From: Blastocystis sp. Blastoise
Taxonomy: Eukaryota > Protista > Bigyra: Opalinata
Reading direction: 5' to 3'
Length of the DNA stretch: 64,000 nt
NCBI GenBank assembly: GCA_039096225.1
Contig: JBBPEB010000015.1
Span: forward strand, 1,116,001-1,180,000
Shown: positions 56,575 to 64,000 of the stretch, piece by piece
Layout of the letters: each line of letters begins with the position of its first letter
Numbering within the stretch: the stretch's first letter is position 1
The notes under the pieces: generated by a model
Databases searched by the model: none
Told to the model about the DNA's origin: nothing
The model's input: the letters and a program-made list of their open reading frames with translations, nothing else
Translations under genes and position numbers: made by a program

Positions 56575-58228
56575 ACAATCTTTCTTATAATTTATTTATA
56601 TATTAATTTTGTGCTTGTTCGCTTTTTTTCTTATTATTATCTTATCTTTAATTATTATTTTTCTTTTTCATCAAACTCAATTTTCTATTTTTTATTAAAG
56701 AGAGACATAAATTTATTTTTTTAAAATCAAATAAGTTTGCTTATATTAACTTTTTATGTGTACAATTATAGTCAATTGTTTTGTTTACATTAATAATAAT
56801 TCACAAGTTTGTTTTTCACTCTATAATATTAAAAAAATTTTTGAGTTATTATATAAATGAATGATGATATTATAGTGGGATAATTTTTTTATAGATAAGA
56901 AATAACGAATATTTATAGAAGAAGTAGAACTATTTAATACATATTTTGAACTATATCTCATTTTTTATAAAAAATTATCATTATGAGTCTCTAGCTAAGT
57001 TATATATAAATAACAATAATACATGAATTTTAATATTCTTGATCATATTAAAGATTTTACTGGTGTTACTATGTTTCAAATAATATATATATATATAAAC
57101 AATATACTAAGTAAATTATGATATAATTAATTTTCGTTATTGTTTTTTTTTTTAGATAGTTTTAAATAGATACCGACATCTTAAAGCATAAACCAATATA
57201 TAGAATACTCTTCTTCAAAATATTTAAGAATAATAAAGAAGTTTACTTACTTATTATATTACTGTATTAGTTTTTCTTATACAAAAGCTATTGCTTTGCC
57301 ATTAAAAGCTTCTTCAGTCTGACAATAATAATATATATAGAAATCATTTGTTTAAAAGAAACTCAGTAAAAATCTTATATTTATTCTCATCATATTATGA
57401 TATATCAACATTATAATATATCTAAAAGTATATAACATGCTTCACTACCATTTTTGTCTTGATTCTTTCATTCTTTTTAGCTTAAAATATCCATAACATA
57501 TTTTTACTTAGCAACATTAATCACAGAGAAGAATCTACATAAAAATAATACATATTATATTTTCTGTAAGAGAATTACAATAATTTTTTCTTTATTTGAT
57601 CAGTTTTCCATTTGAAGTTCAGTATTTATCTTCTTTTCTAAGAACATCGATAAACTACTGGCTATTCCTAACTCTATTAAAATCTCTGTTTTTCTTTAAA
57701 AGAGGGAAGAATCGTTTGTTTTTGTTCAACTTCTCGACAAGTGACATGTTTCTGAAGAGTCATCAATTATTGTTGGAGATGTGTCATCCAAATTAATTCG
57801 AATAGAAACTGTAAGAAGTTCTTCGAATATTTGATCAAAAGGGTGTCAATCAAATTATCCAATAGAAAGTTATTATCTCGATGACGATTTTCTAATTTAT
57901 CCATTTCTAATTGGCTTATTTATTCTCTACTTCTTTTTAGAAAGGCATATGTTTTCCCTTCTTTTTTTCAACTTTTTCATATCCTTGTCACCAACGTTTT
58001 TTGGTATCTTATCAGACTCTATTTTGATTCTATACTTAAAAAACATAAGATGATTGGCTAAATTATTATTTCATGATGAGGCACTCCCGTTTTATTCGAT
58101 TCGAATTAAATTTAGACTTGTGTATCATTCATTTATGATCTATCTTCTTTTACCTTCTTTAAATTAGTTTATATTTTACAAAACTCATATTTATTTTATT
58201 TTCTAATTTATTAGAAGAAAGAAAAAAT

Positions 58229-61200
58229 ATGTCAAGAATTATAGCTTTTCTATTAGCTTTTTCTGTATTAGGTATGCTAAAATTTTTTGTACTCACTTTT
58301 TTCAAAATACATTTTTTTTAATATTATTTATCTAGTCTTTTCTCAAGACTGTGTTGAACCTTCACTTCCATTCACTTTAACTAGAAGATTTAGTTCTTAT
58401 GCTTATGAAGAAAGTTGGAAAATTTATGAAGGTACTACAATGGCCTCTGTACCTGTTGTTTCTGGTTCTGGTTCTTCAGCAGATTCAAGTGGTTCAATTA
58501 AGAGCTTTGATGTATGCTTAAAGTTCAATACTCAATATCTCCTTGCTTTATATGATAGGTAAATTTTATAAAAATATTTTTTTCTTTAGAATTATTATTT
58601 ACTATATTTTATTTAATATATATTTTATTTATATTATTCAGAATTGAAAATGATTTGTTTTATTTTATAGTTATGGTGATGGATGGGGTACTTCTTCTTT
58701 AGCATCCACATTAACAATTTCTTATAATGGCATTACTTTACTTACTACTACACTTCCTTATATATCTGGTACTACACATAAGTCAGCTCAAGAAACATTT
58801 AATTGTATATATTCTCTTTTTAAAAATAATCTTTAAGACTTTAGTTTTTTATTTCTATTATCATGATTCTATTTCCAATTGTTCTATAATATAGTTGATG
58901 TTTCATTAACACCTGGATCTTCTTGGAAATATTCTCCTGTTGCTCAAACATCTTCTGCTTGGAGTCAACCTTCTTTTAGTGATGTTGTTTGGGAATCCTT
59001 TTCAAGTGGTCATTTTCCTGCTATTTCTTCAAATACTCGTTATTATAGAACTGTTGTTACTGTTCCTAATGCTAGTACTTTCTTTGCTTATCGACTTGGA
59101 ATCTCTTCAAATACTGGTGCTGTAGTCTATATTAATGGACAAGAAGTTTATCGTTATGGATTACCTCTGTATGCTTATTAATCATTCATTTCTTATTCGT
59201 TTTAATTATATTATTATTTTCTATAGTTCATCTGCTATTACTTCAACAACTCCTTCTACAATGAATGAAGAAACATCTTCTACTCACTTGTATATATATA
59301 TTTATATTTATATATATATATAATTAATAAAGAATATTAAAAGAAATTCATATAATACTATATTTTTATTTGTAGTGTTTCCTTCCATAAATCATCATAT
59401 ATTACTTCGGGTACTACTTTTGTTATTGGTGTTGAAATCCATATGCCTGCTGGTATTACTACAGGAGAAGATTCTTTTGATGCTATTCTTATGAATATTA
59501 ATGCTAAAGGTAATATATAATATATATAATATATATATAATATTATTTCAATATTATAACTATTTTTTTATTTCATTTATTTATTATAGAATATATTCGT
59601 TCTACTATTGCTGGTACTTCTGTTTGTACTCCTGAAAGTGCTAATACAAATGAAAAATGTGTCAATTTATATGATGGAAATACTAATACAAAATTCTATG
59701 TTTCAACTTCTGCTACATTTATTACTACATTCCAATTTGAACATGAAAGGTATATAATAGTATTTAAAGAAAAATAATTTAATCTTATTTTTTTTTATTA
59801 TAAACATTAAAAATATAATTATATTAGAATATCTACTATAGTTTATTTCATTATCAATTATTATATATAGTTCTCAATGGATTAATGCTTATTCCGTTTC
59901 TTCTGCAAATGATACTCCTACTAGAGATCCTAAAGAATGGAAATTATATGGTTCTCAAGATGGACTTACTTGGTCATTCCTCGATTATAGAACAAATATC
60001 AATTTTGCTTCTCGTTATGAAACTAAACTGTTTTATTTAAGATCAAATACAGTTTCTTGGAAATATTTCAAATTTGAAGTCTGTATGTCTATTTCTTTAT
60101 ATATAATAAGTTTATGTTAATTTATAAATATTATATTTCATTAGGTCTACTATTTTTAACATTATTTTATAATTCTTTTTATTTGTTTTATTATAAAAAA
60201 TATATCACGTTTATATAAATTTTATGAATATCTTATTTTTTTAATATTTTGTTTATTATTTTTATTATATATGTTAACAAAATATATATTTATATAAAAA
60301 TTTTATATTTTTTTATATAGTACAAAACAATGGTGCAACAGCAGTTCAAATGTCTTCTCTTAATTTCTTAATGGCTAATCAAGATTTAATTCAACCAGGA
60401 CTTCAATATGAAAAACAACAATATAATTATCCTATTGGAAATTCTATTTCTATTTCTCCTCTATCTTCTGGTTTCTATCCTTATACTATTACTCCTGCTT
60501 TAGCTACTGGATTGAATTTTGATGTTGCTACTGGTTCTATCACAGGATCTTTGTCTTCTGCCTCTACTGGTACTTATACTATTTCTGGTACAAATCCTGA
60601 TAACTCACAACAATCTTCTGCTACTATTACTATTACTTTCTTAGGTATTTTTATATATAATACATTTCTTTTTACTTTATTCTTATTCATATTATTCAAA
60701 AATTATACTATTATTTATAATTATAATAATAATTATTACTTTATATATCATTATAGATTGTACTCAACCAACAATGGCTCAATTATCTATTAAGAAAGTG
60801 AATAAAGGTACTTCCGATGATGAACGTTTTATTATATATTCTTCATCGAATACAATTCTTTATGAATCTCGTGGTAATAAAGAAGGTACTACTCAAAGTT
60901 GGACATCTTGTGAAGTCTCTGGACTCTATAGAGTCGTTTTATGGGATGATGGTAATAATGGATGGGAACCTGGTGCTTATTTAGATATATCTTTAGGATA
61001 TGAACAAAATAATTATAATCTTCTTTCTAGATTATATTTAATTTCTGGTACTACAACTACATATTATGTAAATACAAAGATGGATCTTGCTCCTCATGAT
61101 AATACATGGAAATATCTACCTGTTACTACTGTTATTGATCCTGCATGGAAAACATCTGTATTTAGTGATGCTGCATGGTCTACATTTACTATGGATAATA

Positions 61201-64000
61201 TACCTACTACTACTTCTTCTATTATTTTATTTAGAAAAACATTTACTATTTATTCAAAACAAAATATGAATGGATGGGATTTAAGATTTAAATCTAAGGC
61301 TGGTACTGTTGTTTATATTAATAATCAAGAAGTATATAGAAACTATTTACCTGCTGGTGAACTTACTACTACTACTACACCTACTGGTGGTGATACTACT
61401 TATAAATGGAGAGGTGTTTCTGGTCCTATGAAACAAATTAATGGTAATACTGTTACTATTGCTATTGGATTAGTAAATACTGCTTCTACTACACCTTCTA
61501 ATATTAATTTTGATGCATATTTCCAATTCCTTGCTGGATCTAGTAATGTATCTATGGTTTCTGACTATTCCTCATTCTGTTCTGCTAGTTGGAATGATGG
61601 CTCATGTGATAATGTATTTGATTATAATATATCTACAAGATATATTAGTGATACTCATGATTCTGTTTCTCCTCGTCATGTTGGTCTTTCTTTTAATAAT
61701 CAAAGAGCTGTTTATGCTAATAAATATTGTGTTATCTCTAATTGGGATGCACCTCGTCATGATCCTGTTGATTGGACTGTTTATGGATCTATGGATGGAG
61801 ATACTTATACTCAACTTGCTACTTTATCAAATGTTTCTTGGGAATTTAGACAACAAAGACAATGTTTTTATATGGCTTTAAATACACAAGCTTGGATTTA
61901 TTATAAACTTGAATTCACTAAAGCTTTTGAAATTCAATCAGAAAATCGTTATGCTATAACTGAATTTGAATTATTATTAGAAGATCTTGATTCTATTGTT
62001 TTACCTTCTTTATCTTTTGATCCTTCAAATCTTGTTGCTTATAAAGGTATTGTTGTTCCTGCTCTATTAGTATCTTCTGAATATTACTCTAATTTCCGTA
62101 TTACTCCTGCTCTACCTGCTGGTCTTTCTATGGATACTTCAAATGGTTATTTTAATGGTGTACCTACTACTTTATTATCTCCAACTGTTTATACAATTAC
62201 TGCTAGTAATCCTCAAGGAATTGATGTTGCTACTACTATTACATTCTCTATTATTTCTTGTCAATCACCTAATATCTTATTTGGTATAAAATTAGTTTTT
62301 GAAGGAGATGCTGTTGAAGCTTCATGGAAACTTATTGATCCATTTACAAATAATGTTATTGATTCACAAACTACTTCTATTTCTTGGGCTACACAATATT
62401 TTAGTTTCTGTAAACCTGCACAAGCTTATACTTTAGAATTAGGTGATTCTGCTAATGATGGTTGGGGTAATGGTTATTATGAAGTTCTTCTTGAAGATGG
62501 TACTCTTGTTTCTACAGGTACTGTTGCTAATGGTGAATCTCCTAAGACTGTTACAGTTAATGTAGGTTATTTATTAGTATTAGGACAAGGACAATGGAAA
62601 TATTTGAATGATGGTTCTGAAGCTCCTTCTGGATGGAATCAACCTTCTTTCTCAGATGCTGCATGGTCTGTAGGTGTCTCAGGTAATCTTCCTGCACATA
62701 ATGGAATAACACAATATTATCGTCATACTTTTACTATTCCTAATGATAATAATATTTATGCTGGTATTGAATTTAGATTTGCTTCTTATGCTGGTATGAT
62801 TGTTTATATTAATGGACAAAATGTTTATTCTGTAAATATGCCTAAAACAAATAATATTATATCAACTACATTAGCTACTGCAGAAACAGAATCTTATGTT
62901 TTATATTCTTTTTCTTTATCTGTTCAATATGGTGTTCTTCAATCTGGTGTGAATAAAATAGCTATTGAAATCCATAAAATGGCGAATGTTCCAGAAATTA
63001 ATGGTTTTGATGGTTCTATTAGTTTATTAGCTACAGGAGAATATAGAGTAAAAGATGGTTCTTCTTGGTGTGATATTGATAAACATGATTCTGAAGGTAT
63101 TGAAAAATTATTTGATAATAATATTCAAACTAAAGTTGTTACTGGTCCTCGTTGTGTAGGTTCTATCTTTGAATGGTTATATAATAATAATAGAAAAGAA
63201 TATATTAATCATTATAAAGTTACTAATGCAAATGATTGTAATAGAAGACATCCTTCTGGTTGGAAAATTGAAGGATCTAATGATGATAATAATTGGACTC
63301 TTTTACATACTACTTCAGGTATTTTCTTCTCTTCTTTCAAGCAAACAAAGTCTTTTGATTTCTATAATGAAAACTCTTATCAATATTATCGTATGGTTGT
63401 AACAGAATGTAATAATCCTTCTCTTTCTTCAGATTCTTATTGTGGAGATGGTAATATACAATTATCTGAATGGGGTTTATATATTGATAGAATTGGTTCT
63501 GTTTGTGCTGCTGATGGTGAATATAGTGCTGCATTAGAAGGTGATTATAGTTATAAATCATGTCCTACTGGTTATTCAGGTTATAAACGAAGACAATGTT
63601 CTAATGGAGTTCTTGGAACTGAAGAAAGTTTATGTATTCTTGTTGAACCTAGTGAATTATCTTATTCTGGATCTCCTTTTACTTTTTATAAGAATATTCC
63701 ATTAAATATTTATGCAACTATTGCTGGTGCAGAATTAACTGTTTCTATATCACCTTCTCTTCCTTCTGGAATTGTATTAAATACCGTTACTGGTGCTTTA
63801 TCAGGTACTCCCCTTGTAGAAAGTTCTCTTACTGAATATACGATTACTGCAACTAATTCAGCTGGAAGTATTTCAGCTACTATTATGATTCAAGTATCTT
63901 CTGCTAAATGTTCAAGTGAAAATGGTTGGCCATTAACTGATGCTGGTCAAACAGCTACTCAACCATGTCCAGATACTATTAATTATGAAGGTAGTATTAC
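58229..64000 (+). CDS. Giant secreted or cell-surface repeat protein with galactose-binding-like, F5/8 type C (discoidin)-like and He_PIG Ig-like modules; runs off window
   Basis: Signal peptide MSRIIAFLLAFSVLVFS. Three repeats of D..GDGW / WKY...W..PSFSD.AW / VYINGQEVY / SAND.P.RDP..W.L.GS.DG, plus ITPALP.GL..D..TG.I.G.P segments. 8 GT-AG introns, then an exon I read as open from 60758 to the window end. Confidence 0.8.

Overview
Very AT-rich, intron-dense eukaryotic DNA, not prokaryotic. Most ORF-track entries are single exons read through into introns, or low-complexity artefacts. By splicing exons manually I can support 15 protein-coding genes and one tRNA. In order: an EST1/SMG7-like NMD factor (truncated by the window edge), an orphan type I membrane protein, tRNA-His(GTG), three tandem ZIFL/DHA1-type MFS transporter paralogues, a secreted GH35 beta-galactosidase, a long-chain acyl-CoA synthetase, RPL9, a large EH-domain endocytic scaffold, a WDR81/GFS12-like kinase-like/BEACH/WD40 protein, a fourth TetA-like MFS, pescadillo (PES1), a probable MED20, a BAG plus alpha-crystallin (HSP20) fusion, and a giant secreted repeat protein running off the window. 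Gene content and intron style suggest a gut stramenopile of the Blastocystis type (inference only). The strongest unusual signal is the splicing system: 8 AT-AC minor-spliceosome (U12-type) introns that restore the reading frame, at 4 independent positions, with no convincing GT-AG U12 intron, variant branch points and short branch-to-acceptor spacing. Also notable: an apparent GT-TG intron in RPL9, (TA)n-bracketed major introns, block intron loss in one MFS paralogue, the BAG-sHSP fusion with upstream HSE-like sites, and a strongly structured candidate ncRNA near the tRNA.
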